Positions 26,169 through 36,323 of a stretch of DNA of 64,000 nt are shown here, piece after piece. This stretch comes from a virus (lineage: Duplodnaviria > Caudoviricetes): the IMG/VR virus record IMGVR_UViG_3300009031_000221, positions 32,001-96,000 of that record, one strand, 5' to 3'. The notes under the pieces are model-generated. The model worked only from the letters and a program-made list of their open reading frames with translations. It did not search any database and was not told the origin of the DNA. Made by a program: the position numbers and the translations under genes. Numbering within the stretch: the first letter of the stretch is position 1; the number at the start of each line of letters is the position of its first letter.

Positions 26169-27563
26169 CTACCGCACAAACCAAGTCGTATAGTCCTCAT
26201 TCGTAATCTGATGAGGCACCTGAACACCCAATCGGTCTACATCCACTCGATACATTTGACTCGTCGAGGCAACACCCATTCGGGGCTGAACCCTCAAGAT
26301 ACTCGGAGAAATACGAATCGAATTACCTGTCCCAGTCGTCCCCGTAGCCCCAATCGGACCTCCATTCAGGCCCAACAGGCTCTTGATTCGGTACGTCCCC
26401 GCATTGGGGCCTGTCGTGAATGTGATCGTTGCCCCTTCCAATGCGGTTGCCCACAATACCTGATTAGGATCCGTCACTACCGACCCTCCAGATATAGTAG
26501 CCGTTCCTGACAATCCCCCACTAGTTGTGTAGGGTCTAAGGGTTGAATCCGCCGCTAGGGGGAAAGCCAGAATCTCAACCACCCGATAGCTACCGTGGAA
26601 CCCCTCGAGTCTGCCATCGGGAGTTGTTGCATCATTGTCCCCACCCATGTTTGGGCCAGATAGAATGGTGAGCACCGCCCCAGGGTTGATGTTCGTAAAG
26701 TCCCTAGCAGGGTCCGAAAACAATGTTCTATCAGTCAGGGTTGTCCCGCTACCCGTAATACTCTCGGCACCAATCCAATATCGGCGCATGTCCTGGTAAT
26801 GGTAATCCCGATAATCATAAGCGGTATATGTTTCCGTGAACGCAGGCTTGAAGGTTTCCTTGAACAAATGCCGGTATTCATACAGAACGTGGGCAGGCTT
26901 CAGTGCCCGTAAAACAAGCTGGACATTCCGTTGAAGGGTGAAGGGATCCGTTGGAAATGTGTAAAGAACAACGGGTTCACCATCAACCTCGATGGTTGCA
27001 CCTTCTTGACTTACGTTCACCTCAAAGGTGAACAAATCATTCGACCCCCATGCAGATTTGCCATTGAGTTTACGAGCTTCGATCCCACGTTCGATAATTT
27101 CAACGGTTGCCGTGGTCAGAAGCTCAATGCCCTCCTTCATGGTAGCCTTGGTCGCGCCCTGAAGTAGGAGCGTGACCATCCGTTGCAAGAAGGTGCGATA
27201 TGTGATGTCACCTTCAAGATCGGGATACCCGGATTCCATTGCATCGGGAAATACGAGGTTACCGAGGATCTGGTACAGAACCTCAGACCGTGTGTAATCG
27301 TACATGGAGTCCGCAAGAACTTCCTGAGCAGTGATTTGGAAGTCCGCAATCCGTTCCGCTGCCGCCTGAAACTGGATCGTATAGAACGGACCAGGGACTT
27401 GGCTGGCGTAGTTACTAGGCAACAACTTGAAGAACGCCTCCATCACCCGATCCATTTGGGCACGGACAGCATCCTTGCGAGCTTGACTGTCCGCCAGCAT
27501 CGGAGCAGGATTCTGCTGAACGAGGGTTGGTAGAAGATTCTTGTCCTGTGGCTGATCTGCCAT
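26169..27563 (-). CDS. Baseplate wedge protein, P2 gpI / T4 gp7-like, 464 aa
   Basis: Directly follows the J-like gene (TAATG overlap); motifs FFKLLPSNY, YRTFLQRMVTLLLQGAT, VLRALKPAHVLYEY. Confidence 0.75.
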   Translation of the reverse strand: MADQPQDKNLLPTLVQQNPAPMLADSQARKDAVRAQMDRVMEAFFKLLPSNYASQVPGPFYTIQFQAAAERIADFQITAQEVLADSMYDYTRSEVLYQILGNLVFPDAMESGYPDLEGDITYRTFLQRMVTLLLQGATKATMKEGIELLTTATVEIIERGIEARKLNGKSAWGSNDLFTFEVNVSQEGATIEVDGEPVVLYTFPTDPFTLQRNVQLVLRALKPAHVLYEYRHLFKETFKPAFTETYTAYDYRDYHYQDMRRYWIGAESITGSGTTLTDRTLFSDPARDFTNINPGAVLTILSGPNMGGDNDATTPDGRLEGFHGSYRVVEILAFPLAADSTLRPYTTSGGLSGTATISGGSVVTDPNQVLWATALEGATITFTTGPNAGTYRIKSLLGLNGGPIGATGTTGTGNSIRISPSILRVQPRMGVASTSQMYRVDVDRLGVQVPHQITNEDYTTWFVR

Positions 27564-30500
27564 TACCGACTCCTACCCTTGACCAGTGCTTCAAAGTTCG
27601 TATCCTCATCATATGTGAATTCCAAGTCCCCAAGCTCCAGGTAATCCGTAGGGCCGGGCTCAATATTCTTGACGCCCGAGTCCCCGTAAACAACGTAGGA
27701 TACCGTGTACGATCCTGTCGCAGGGGTTTCCGGGGACTTCAATGCCACTAAAATACGCCGGCTTGTGATTGACTTCCGTATGGTTAGGATCTGCGACGCC
27801 TTCTTGTCCGGGTCACTTGGCAACACATAGTTCGCAATGATAGTGGCATCATCGCTATATCCGGGAATATTGAGCCCGTCATTGCCAATGATGTACGAAG
27901 CATCCGCCGTCATCTTGATTGGGACACCATTTGCATCCGGGGCTATATCATAGTTTGTCAACAACACCGGGCCTTTGAACACCCCACGGAAGTCATTGAT
28001 CTCCCCCCCGCTACCAATCGTGCCCGACTCCAAACGCTGCGTAATGAAGTAAACCTTCACGTTATTAGTAGACCATGCGGAGATTTGAACGTAGTCCGTC
28101 CCCAATTCACTGGACACTAGGGCTTCCCGAACAATGATAGAACCATCGGACTTGCACATCGTCACCAAAGGCAACACAACGTAAGAAACGTCCTTCGTGT
28201 TGTCGATGACTGCCCCAATGTCAGATTGGCGTACGGGCTGTCCTAAACCAAAGCTCCCGAAGAGCCGGGCAAGGTTCGTGCGAATTGCACCATCAATCGT
28301 AGCCGCGGACTTATCCTTGACGATGACAACCGTAGCCTTGATATTAACCCCCGTCGGAATCGAATCCTTCACAAGCACGTCCGCCGTAACATGGCGATCC
28401 AAGTCAATAGCGTTTTGTGTGATAGATACTAGCGAGTTAGCTGTGTAATTGATGACGAAATTCTCATCATGTTCATAGCTGATTAGAAGCGTATCCCCGT
28501 CAATGAATCGGGCGGTGGTGGTAGCCTTGAACCCCATGGGAGTTGTGCCAGTTTCATCAACGAATGTGAAATCGCGATTACCTAGGCTCAACGGGTGGAA
28601 GGGCCCAATGTATTCTACCGTTTTGTCCACATTCCAAATGCGTACTGTCATGGGGTTGATGCCCAGGCTTTGTAGATATTCAGTTCCGCCCAGGAATACG
28701 TGATTCTCATCAGTAATCACAACGGGATCCCCTGACGGCAGCACGCCCGTTGTGCCAGGATCCAAAGGCTGGATGACTTTCATGTAGTCCCCAGCCTCAG
28801 ACGAACGACCCATATCCAAAGGATCACTTCCATGGAACAATTTGTATGTGTCCGGATCTACGGTGCCCGTCTTCTCCCCAATCAAACTGGAAATGGCAGT
28901 CACAGGTTGGCGAGTAAACACATACCGATTACTTGTCCGGTACCGATATGACCCCGTGAATACGTCCCCCAAATGAAGGTGCGAAGGGTCATTATACGTA
29001 GAGGACAACTGGATCCGGTCAGGAGCTATCAACACCGCATTGGTAAGATCCATAACATTGCCGTTATGCGTGAACTCAATCCCCCATGTTGGGATGACAA
29101 GCATCTCAATGATGGGATTATCTGCGGTCAATGCGGGATTGATCGCCCGGAATAACATGTTGGCAACATCTCCCACGGGTTCAAACTGACCGTTCTTCAC
29201 CGTGTCAAAGGTGAATGCAAACGAGTCGGACAGGGTCGATACATTGTCCCCACGCACCCACACGTCCACCTTGCCGCCCGTATGTTTGCCCAAGGCCACA
29301 TCGTAGTCCCGCATCATCAACGTGTGCCCAGCGTCCACTACGTTGACCTGACGGATACCCGGGACCTCAATGGCGTTCTGTGAATAGCCTCGGTACGTGC
29401 CCGAGTCAACTGCCGAAAGAACACCCTCAGCACGAGCAGCCAAGTCCTGATTCGATTCCGTATCCGTACCCCCGAATGTCTGGGAGTCATTGATTACCTG
29501 AACGTTATTAGGAGCCCCCGTGATAACCCGAATCTGTCCGGGAGCTAAGTTTCCATTTGATCCAGTGCTATTGGCCTGGATGAAGGCTCGAGAGTAATAA
29601 CGACCTGTAGAGGGATTGTAGAACGTCGTACCCCCAAAGGATGAAATCTCGGCGGCGGATGTTGTAAGGAACGTTGCGCCATTACCTCCCGATACGGAAG
29701 TCCCGATTGGGATGCTCAGAGTTCCGTTTGGCTTGGACGTTGTGTATAACGTCACCTCGCCCTGTGCTCGCGTTCCCGTCTTACGAATCGTGCCACGACG
29801 GGCTGCCAAGTGGTCAAACATGTTATCGATCATGTTCTGTACGGACTGATTGTCCTTGAGATAGAATGCCTGCCGCAACGTCAATTTGTACTGAGACTGA
29901 TCTACCGCAATAGATTCACCGGTATTGCCTGGGTCATCAATCGGCAAAAGAGTTGCAGGCGCCTGTGCCGCCTGAAGGAACCCAATGATGAATCGAACCC
30001 GTTCAGCCTCCGTCGAGAATGGATCGATGACCGTATCCCGAAGGACACTACCGGGCTTGATATCCACATCCGGGTGCGACCGGAAAATAGACAACGAAGC
30101 ATCCCGGATAATTTGCTGCCGTGCGACCGTTGGCAGGGAAGCTATGGCAGGGGTAACAATGAGGGGAGCCGCAGCAACCTCAGGAGAGAAAGCCGACTCG
30201 TATTCCACATTATCAATCAGGTATACCGCCGTAACCACATAGTAAAGCGGGTCAGTATCAGGAATAGCGTTGAAGTCTGAATTGGGGATGGCGGGGAAGT
30301 CCATCGAAGACTCAGTGGATCGGCGATCATGTGTAAAGGAGAACCGTTCGGTCTGGCGAATACCCTCTACCACCATTGTTGTCCGCATCCGTGAGGTTGT
30401 CTCCGGGATGGTCAACAACTGATCAAAATCCGTTTGGAATACATTCGCATTCCGATCCATCTGGACCCCAGTGACCCGAAGATACTGAGGTGTCGATTTC

Positions 30501-31093
30501 TGGGATCCATCCTGGTTCACGGCAACAGGAGCATCTACGGAAAGATTTCCAATGTTGTCATAAACCTGAATTGGAGTCCCGGAAATAACCATATGCAGAT
30601 TGATCTGGGTGTATCCAATGGATCCCCCACCCGGTGCGGTAGATGCGTAGAAGTTGTACCCAACCACATTGTTGTCTGCAACTCCATCGACCGTAATTGC
30701 GACCCGTTGATCAAAGCGTTCTACAAATACGCCTGAAGGTGCCAGCACTCCGGCCTTGATGTCTCTGTCCAAGGACAGATTGGCTTCAATGATTCCAGGT
30801 GCCGTCACCTCCCCATTCGACATAATAGCTTTGACTTCGATGTGATTAGCACCGGGCAAGAGCCGCAGTCCTTGTGGGTATGCTGAAGGGTTAGGAACAA
30901 TGAAGGTTGTCCCTTCAAAGTAGATGCTATCGGGATCCGAAGTCCAACCATTGGAACGAATCTTGATTTGCATGTCTACCGTATCGGCATCCATCTTTCC
31001 GACGAAAAACCGCGAGGTCATATCAGTCGTGAAAATATAGCGATCCCGATACACGCCATCGGGGCCTTGAAACTGTGGGGTCTTCGTAGCCAT
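27563..31093 (-). CDS. Baseplate J-like wedge protein (T4 gp6/P2 gpJ family) with N-terminal extension, 1176 aa
   Basis: DIKPGSVLRDTVIDP; FIQANSTGSNGN; GTDTESNQDLAAR...SGTYRGY...VPGIRQVNV; C-terminal LGQPVRQSDIGAVI...VSYV. Confidence 0.9.
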   Translation of the reverse strand: MATKTPQFQGPDGVYRDRYIFTTDMTSRFFVGKMDADTVDMQIKIRSNGWTSDPDSIYFEGTTFIVPNPSAYPQGLRLLPGANHIEVKAIMSNGEVTAPGIIEANLSLDRDIKAGVLAPSGVFVERFDQRVAITVDGVADNNVVGYNFYASTAPGGGSIGYTQINLHMVISGTPIQVYDNIGNLSVDAPVAVNQDGSQKSTPQYLRVTGVQMDRNANVFQTDFDQLLTIPETTSRMRTTMVVEGIRQTERFSFTHDRRSTESSMDFPAIPNSDFNAIPDTDPLYYVVTAVYLIDNVEYESAFSPEVAAAPLIVTPAIASLPTVARQQIIRDASLSIFRSHPDVDIKPGSVLRDTVIDPFSTEAERVRFIIGFLQAAQAPATLLPIDDPGNTGESIAVDQSQYKLTLRQAFYLKDNQSVQNMIDNMFDHLAARRGTIRKTGTRAQGEVTLYTTSKPNGTLSIPIGTSVSGGNGATFLTTSAAEISSFGGTTFYNPSTGRYYSRAFIQANSTGSNGNLAPGQIRVITGAPNNVQVINDSQTFGGTDTESNQDLAARAEGVLSAVDSGTYRGYSQNAIEVPGIRQVNVVDAGHTLMMRDYDVALGKHTGGKVDVWVRGDNVSTLSDSFAFTFDTVKNGQFEPVGDVANMLFRAINPALTADNPIIEMLVIPTWGIEFTHNGNVMDLTNAVLIAPDRIQLSSTYNDPSHLHLGDVFTGSYRYRTSNRYVFTRQPVTAISSLIGEKTGTVDPDTYKLFHGSDPLDMGRSSEAGDYMKVIQPLDPGTTGVLPSGDPVVITDENHVFLGGTEYLQSLGINPMTVRIWNVDKTVEYIGPFHPLSLGNRDFTFVDETGTTPMGFKATTTARFIDGDTLLISYEHDENFVINYTANSLVSITQNAIDLDRHVTADVLVKDSIPTGVNIKATVVIVKDKSAATIDGAIRTNLARLFGSFGLGQPVRQSDIGAVIDNTKDVSYVVLPLVTMCKSDGSIIVREALVSSELGTDYVQISAWSTNNVKVYFITQRLESGTIGSGGEINDFRGVFKGPVLLTNYDIAPDANGVPIKMTADASYIIGNDGLNIPGYSDDATIIANYVLPSDPDKKASQILTIRKSITSRRILVALKSPETPATGSYTVSYVVYGDSGVKNIEPGPTDYLELGDLEFTYDEDTNFEALVKGRSR

Positions 31094-31094
31094 A

Positions 31095-32222
31095 TCAATT
31101 TCTCCCTGTCAACCCGGCAATTTCTCCGCCCAGCATCAAACCATTACTTCCCATGAGTGCCACTACATTTGGCACTGAGAACACAATAGACAGATCAATA
31201 GGATCCGAGGATGCGTTCTGTATTACCACATCAACCATGTAGGTTGTCGGATCCTGATCATGTTGCTTGACTTGTACCGACAGGATGGTATAGAGCCGTT
31301 CCTTGAACGACACACCCTGATAATTCGATTGCTCTTTCTGCAAGTCCTGGAATTTAGTCAACGCCCGGCGAACATCCTCATTAACCAAAGTTGCGATACC
31401 TGCCAAAGCCTTCGACCCAATCCTTGACCGTAAACTCGTGCCATACCAAGGATAGTATGGATTCGATCCTCGATCGGTCAACAGAATCTTGAGTGCCGCT
31501 TGGTACAAAAGGTTCTCGTTCTGAATGGTAATGAACTGCCCCGTCTCATCGAACCGGTAGTCATTCTCGATGTATGCCGAACCGCAACGCAGACACCTAT
31601 TGGGAGGAACTGTGTACGTCACCTTGAAAATAGGATTGGTACGGATGGGGTAATCGAACTTGGGAAATCGATTGGTTATCTCATCGGGGCGTGTGTGCAG
31701 TCTCCATGCGGGGTAAATCTGTGCCCCTCGAGACATCCACTGGTAGTTATTCGTCCCATGTGCGCCAAACCCCAGGGCTACCGCCGCCGTCCCCGTAATC
31801 TTGACATAGGAATCAGGGCCAACACTTGTAATGTCCATAAACACAATGTGCCCATTGAATGAAGATGCCACGGCAATGGATAGATTGTTCTTCGCAAGGA
31901 ATTGTACCACTTCGTCCGCAGTCAATCGACTAATCCCCCGAACGCCGAATGTAAACGTCTGCGATCCGGCAGATGTTGTAATCGTTACGGTGTCCTCGTC
32001 CTCTATGATATCGTAAGGCCCCGATCCATTTGCATAAATGATAGCGGGTGTTGCCAACCCACCTTGAGGCAGAAAGAATTCATCGTTGACCATAATACGG
32101 ACGGTCCCACCATTAGCGACAGGCTGGCGGCACTGCAATGAACAACGATCATCCCCAAGAGGGACAACCTCCTCCATTGTCAAATGAGGGCAAGACCAAG
32201 CAAGTTGCATATCCTTTGACAC
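31095..32222 (-). CDS. Baseplate wedge gp25/gpW-like protein with N-terminal extra domains, 375 aa
   Basis: C-terminal QAALKILLTDRGSNPYYPWYGTSLRSRIG...ERLYTILSVQV; GGAGG 6 nt before GTG; immediately upstream of the J-like gene. Confidence 0.85.
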   Translation of the reverse strand: MSKDMQLAWSCPHLTMEEVVPLGDDRCSLQCRQPVANGGTVRIMVNDEFFLPQGGLATPAIIYANGSGPYDIIEDEDTVTITTSAGSQTFTFGVRGISRLTADEVVQFLAKNNLSIAVASSFNGHIVFMDITSVGPDSYVKITGTAAVALGFGAHGTNNYQWMSRGAQIYPAWRLHTRPDEITNRFPKFDYPIRTNPIFKVTYTVPPNRCLRCGSAYIENDYRFDETGQFITIQNENLLYQAALKILLTDRGSNPYYPWYGTSLRSRIGSKALAGIATLVNEDVRRALTKFQDLQKEQSNYQGVSFKERLYTILSVQVKQHDQDPTTYMVDVVIQNASSDPIDLSIVFSVPNVVALMGSNGLMLGGEIAGLTGRN

Positions 32223-32246
32223 AGATGACCTCCCACATGGCGTTGC

Positions 32247-32254
32247 CCTATAGG
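32247..32254 (-). promoter_or_regulatory. Candidate late-promoter element CCTATAGG (palindromic) upstream of the gp25-like gene
   Basis: Lies in a 44-nt intergenic gap; matches the element at 4799-4805. Confidence 0.35.
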
Positions 32255-32266
32255 CGAGGCACCGTA

Positions 32267-33145
32267 CTAGATGCCCAATTCCACCATGAAGTCCTCAGGG
32301 ACATCCGGGAGAACGAATGCCAAATACGCATCATCCCTCATCCGGGGTGCAATGATATCCCCTAAGTCATCAACCTTGTAGATCAATCCTTCCATGTCCC
32401 GAATCATATTCTGAACCATGAGATTCTTGTCAAATCGTTCCTCATCCAAGGGGGCAACACCGAATAGCGCCCCGCCAAATGCCTGTACAAGCACTACGTC
32501 TCGTTCATGGACTAATTGTTCCCTCAAATCGCACTGCTTGATGATTCGGGCTTCTAGATCCGATAACCGTTCCTTGATGTCCTGATTTGTCCAATCCCGA
32601 ATCTGATGCATCGACTTCACAACGGCATTGTAGTCATATGAACCAGGGCTGATTCGCCCGCCTTGGCGGGCAGGAAAATAACGATGCGTCCTCGGCATAC
32701 CGCCTGGAAAAGCGCCATATCCAGTGTCCGTAGCACTCACATACGGTTCATTTGGTTCCGCAGACCGAGGGGCTATCAAACCATCAAAGGGGTATTGGCT
32801 GACGCTAACCGTATTGCCCTCATCATCAACATCGATATCGGTGCTTTGGGGATGCATAAAGGAGGATATGTCAAGAGGATTCCCCCCTTGTGCAACATAA
32901 GCCTGAACCAACCGTTCCAATGTAGATCCCGCAGTAACCGAAATACCCAAGCGATCTTCAGAACGCTCGGTGCTACCCGCAGAATCCAGTCCCTGATAGA
33001 ACACCTTGATGAATCCAATACGGGACACTTCGGCATTGATAGTTGCCACACGGGCGGCTACCCCACGACGATTGTTGAGCACCCAACCAGAGAATGCACG
33101 AAAGTATCCAACCGGCCACACACCCATCCTGCTAAATGTACTCAT
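32267..33145 (-). CDS. Hypothetical protein with coiled-coil C-terminal half, 292 aa
   Basis: Long ORF in operon, GGAG RBS; helical segment IKERLSDLEARIIKQCDLREQLVHERD. Confidence 0.75.
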   Translation of the reverse strand: MSTFSRMGVWPVGYFRAFSGWVLNNRRGVAARVATINAEVSRIGFIKVFYQGLDSAGSTERSEDRLGISVTAGSTLERLVQAYVAQGGNPLDISSFMHPQSTDIDVDDEGNTVSVSQYPFDGLIAPRSAEPNEPYVSATDTGYGAFPGGMPRTHRYFPARQGGRISPGSYDYNAVVKSMHQIRDWTNQDIKERLSDLEARIIKQCDLREQLVHERDVVLVQAFGGALFGVAPLDEERFDKNLMVQNMIRDMEGLIYKVDDLGDIIAPRMRDDAYLAFVLPDVPEDFMVELGI

Positions 33146-33153
33146 CGTGACTC

Positions 33154-36096
33154 CTACAACGTATCTGGAGGGGTGTCCCCTACTGGAGGTGGGGGCGGCG
33201 GCAAATCTTCAATGCCAACGGCATCGGGGATCGCGGGCTTCGCCAGAGCCAATTTCCCTGGACCCGGAGGGCCGTCCTGTGCCTTGATCATGGCCTGAAC
33301 AATGTCCATGGCGAGGGCGGGCCCGAACGGAATAACTACTGCGATACCTGCCCCATAAGCCAACGGGCTATCATTGGGCTTAAGCTTAGCTGCAACCAAG
33401 TCCCCTACAACGCCCTGCGTACCGTTAGATACCATCGTCAGGAACGCACACTTCGGGATCTGGAATGCAAACCCCAATATATTCTGAAGTAGGCTATTGA
33501 TTCTCCTAATCAAACCCTGGAGTTCAATGATTCGCCCCTCGATGAACTCGATATACCGTTTGATGGTGTCCACAATAGACTTGATGGACTTCTCCAGTGC
33601 TTGCAACCAGTTGTTGATAGTGGAAAAGAAATCGTCCAATGAAGGGAATATGTCTAGCAATCGCAATGCAATCCAGTCCCCCTTCTTCTTCCGAATCGCG
33701 GAAGCGGCGATGCTCAAAGCCAGTTCGGTTTCATGCATCAGCTGTCCGCCATTAGCCTCCGTCAATAACCCGCGACAGTAGAATATCCCGGCATTCACAC
33801 TAGGGTTGAAGGGTTCACTTGAATCTATAGTGGTTAACAGTCCATTGTTCAAGAAGAACACAGGGGACAAATCAGCGGATCCCGTAATTCTTCTGCGAGT
33901 AGCCAGGACTTCCAAGGGCCTCGAGAAATCAATCGGCACTACAATATCCCCGGTATCAGCATCTATCCAGCGTTCATAGAATAGACGCATCCCTTTCGTA
34001 AGCGTTGCTAGGAAACCTGCTACTTCCGCAGCAGGGATTGTCATTTTATCGCTAACCCCCAACCCAAGCCCTCCATTGGACATCTCCATCATCTGGGGCT
34101 TACGATTTTGGATCAGATCAGGCACGTAAAACCATTCCTGTACGATATCTTCTTTAATTCCCATGCTGTAAATGTTAGATGCAATCCCGCTATCGGGATG
34201 CCCGCCAGCCCAAGTACTAGGGTCAATGCTTTGAATTAGCGTCGCCGTATCAAACCCGATAGGAGTTTCAACAGTACCCTGAGGAAGAGCTTTCCCTGTA
34301 TGTGTGTCCTTGAAAATGTCCTGCCATGTAACCTTGCGAAGATATTGGGTTTGATCCACGACAATCTTCTCAAGCTGGGCGTTTGCACCAGTCATGTTGT
34401 AAATGTTGTGCGCCACTCGATCAATACTGGTCATGAGATTCTTACGAAATACCTGTGGGTTGCCCGGGCCGTCCACTTGTTCGATCGTCTTCCGGTAATC
34501 ATCCAGAACCAGACTTGCTAGGTAAGCCATGGATTCCAATCCGCAACGTTCCATTGCTTTCTGGTCCAGCACTAACGTGCCTTTCGCAATCATCTGCTTC
34601 TGCATTTGCGAATAACTAGCATCATTTGGATCGTACACATCCAAATCCGGGCGAACCAATACCAACACCAACAGCGCCGTCTTGAGGGCGTCTAAATATG
34701 CCTTGGTGTTTGCGCCTGGGAATGCCACCCGAATAGGCCGTGACCAGGCCCCTATCATCGTATCCTCTAGCCCGAAGGGGTCTGCTTCAACATAAGGCTT
34801 GCCCCCTTTGGCATCCGGGGATTCAAATGTATACGTCACCTTCTGAGCGTAAGCCTCTTTGGATATTGCTGCCACACGAACATACGCAGTCGTTGCAATT
34901 TCAATATTCTTCGGGAGAATTTGACCGTCCGTTCCGGTCTCCCAAGTGCAGTTGTAGGGCATATCCTCCGCTTTCATGACGTACCCATACTCTCCCGATG
35001 CCCAAGACGCCCACTTCTCCGTTGATGGAACGTAGAAAGTCCGCTGCATTAGATGCCGAAGTTTCCCATTCGAATCCTTTGCGGTCAAATACTCCAAAGG
35101 AATAATCCCGTCATCCCCGGATACCTTCTGTGCATAGATCCGTGTCACGCCGTTGGATACATTACCGTTTTTGTCTAATGACATGGCATAACCCAAATTA
35201 ACAGGAATCAGGTTATCCTCAGGAATCATATCGGCGCCCCCATACAGAATCATAGGGGTTCCCAGGTCATGGGATCGTACATGCCCATAATCACGGGGTT
35301 GGACTACTAATGTTGGATCCTTCGCACTGGGATCCAGGGATGTATCGGATTTAGGAGCGTCATACATGACCTTCAATCCGTCCTCTACTGTGGACACCGT
35401 AACGATGAATCCTCCAGGGGGCAAAGGAGGTAAAGGGTTGCTGGGATTCTTCTGTGCCGTGGAACTCAATGACCAAGTAAACTTAGCTACCCCAGGAGGG
35501 ACAGATGAAAGATGGTACAATTCTGTCAAGGACTTAGGGTGTGTGATATCTACCGCATCCGTCCCGTATTTCACACTGGACAGCACTGCCGTGGGTTGTG
35601 ACCCCTTATCCGTTACGGATTGGTTGAAAAATCGCATGAGCTTCTTGACAAACAATATAAGCTGCTGAATCTCTGAAACATCTACAGACAGGTAGAAGAA
35701 CATTGACAGAACTTTGGTGTTGGCAGATACATTCGGACGAGTTGGATCCGTTATGTCCGTCAATCGGGCAATCATCCTGCGTTGGTACTCCTGAAAACCT
35801 CCTTGAAGATCATCATAGGGCCATTCCAGTAGCTTCCAATCCCCCGTGATGTAAATACCAAGCTGCCGCAAATCGGAAATAAGGCTGCGTACTTCCTGAA
35901 CGATTGCATGGACAATAGCGGCAATGGGATCCAAATAACCCACCAGGAAGGTCTTCACGAAGTCCAAGGCAGTAAGTGCAATGTCCAATACAGCAACAAG
36001 GAACTCAGCGGTCGTGTTGATCTTGTCCCGTGTAGACTCCAGAAAGTCCGGAACCTCAAATGTAACCGTGCCCCATTGATTGAATTGCTCTGCCAT
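33154..36096 (-). CDS. Hypothetical baseplate-region protein with amphipathic helical domains at both ends, 980 aa
   Basis: Long ORF, TAATG coupling; long amphipathic helices at residues ~15-85 and ~820-890. Confidence 0.8.
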   Translation of the reverse strand: MAEQFNQWGTVTFEVPDFLESTRDKINTTAEFLVAVLDIALTALDFVKTFLVGYLDPIAAIVHAIVQEVRSLISDLRQLGIYITGDWKLLEWPYDDLQGGFQEYQRRMIARLTDITDPTRPNVSANTKVLSMFFYLSVDVSEIQQLILFVKKLMRFFNQSVTDKGSQPTAVLSSVKYGTDAVDITHPKSLTELYHLSSVPPGVAKFTWSLSSTAQKNPSNPLPPLPPGGFIVTVSTVEDGLKVMYDAPKSDTSLDPSAKDPTLVVQPRDYGHVRSHDLGTPMILYGGADMIPEDNLIPVNLGYAMSLDKNGNVSNGVTRIYAQKVSGDDGIIPLEYLTAKDSNGKLRHLMQRTFYVPSTEKWASWASGEYGYVMKAEDMPYNCTWETGTDGQILPKNIEIATTAYVRVAAISKEAYAQKVTYTFESPDAKGGKPYVEADPFGLEDTMIGAWSRPIRVAFPGANTKAYLDALKTALLVLVLVRPDLDVYDPNDASYSQMQKQMIAKGTLVLDQKAMERCGLESMAYLASLVLDDYRKTIEQVDGPGNPQVFRKNLMTSIDRVAHNIYNMTGANAQLEKIVVDQTQYLRKVTWQDIFKDTHTGKALPQGTVETPIGFDTATLIQSIDPSTWAGGHPDSGIASNIYSMGIKEDIVQEWFYVPDLIQNRKPQMMEMSNGGLGLGVSDKMTIPAAEVAGFLATLTKGMRLFYERWIDADTGDIVVPIDFSRPLEVLATRRRITGSADLSPVFFLNNGLLTTIDSSEPFNPSVNAGIFYCRGLLTEANGGQLMHETELALSIAASAIRKKKGDWIALRLLDIFPSLDDFFSTINNWLQALEKSIKSIVDTIKRYIEFIEGRIIELQGLIRRINSLLQNILGFAFQIPKCAFLTMVSNGTQGVVGDLVAAKLKPNDSPLAYGAGIAVVIPFGPALAMDIVQAMIKAQDGPPGPGKLALAKPAIPDAVGIEDLPPPPPPVGDTPPDTL

Positions 36097-36323
36097 TATG
36101 AACCCCCGCCATGCTCAAGCCGTGCCATCTGTTCATACAGCAACCCCACCGCACGCTGATCATTCTCCACAAGCCCTTCAAGAGCCGTGCGAAGCCGGAT
36201 GAGGGCATCCCTCTGCCGATTGACCCCCGCCATTTCTACATCTCCGCCCTCAGTAACACCCCATGATCCAAGGTCTACACCAAGTTCATCCAATTCCGCC
36301 ATAATTTCTTCAGGTGTTTTCAT
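36096..36323 (-). CDS. Small acidic coiled-coil protein, 75 aa
   Basis: Start overlaps the megaprotein stop (ATGA) and stop overlaps the next start (TAATG), exactly filling the gap. Confidence 0.75.
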   Translation of the reverse strand: MKTPEEIMAELDELGVDLGSWGVTEGGDVEMAGVNRQRDALIRLRTALEGLVENDQRAVGLLYEQMARLEHGGGS

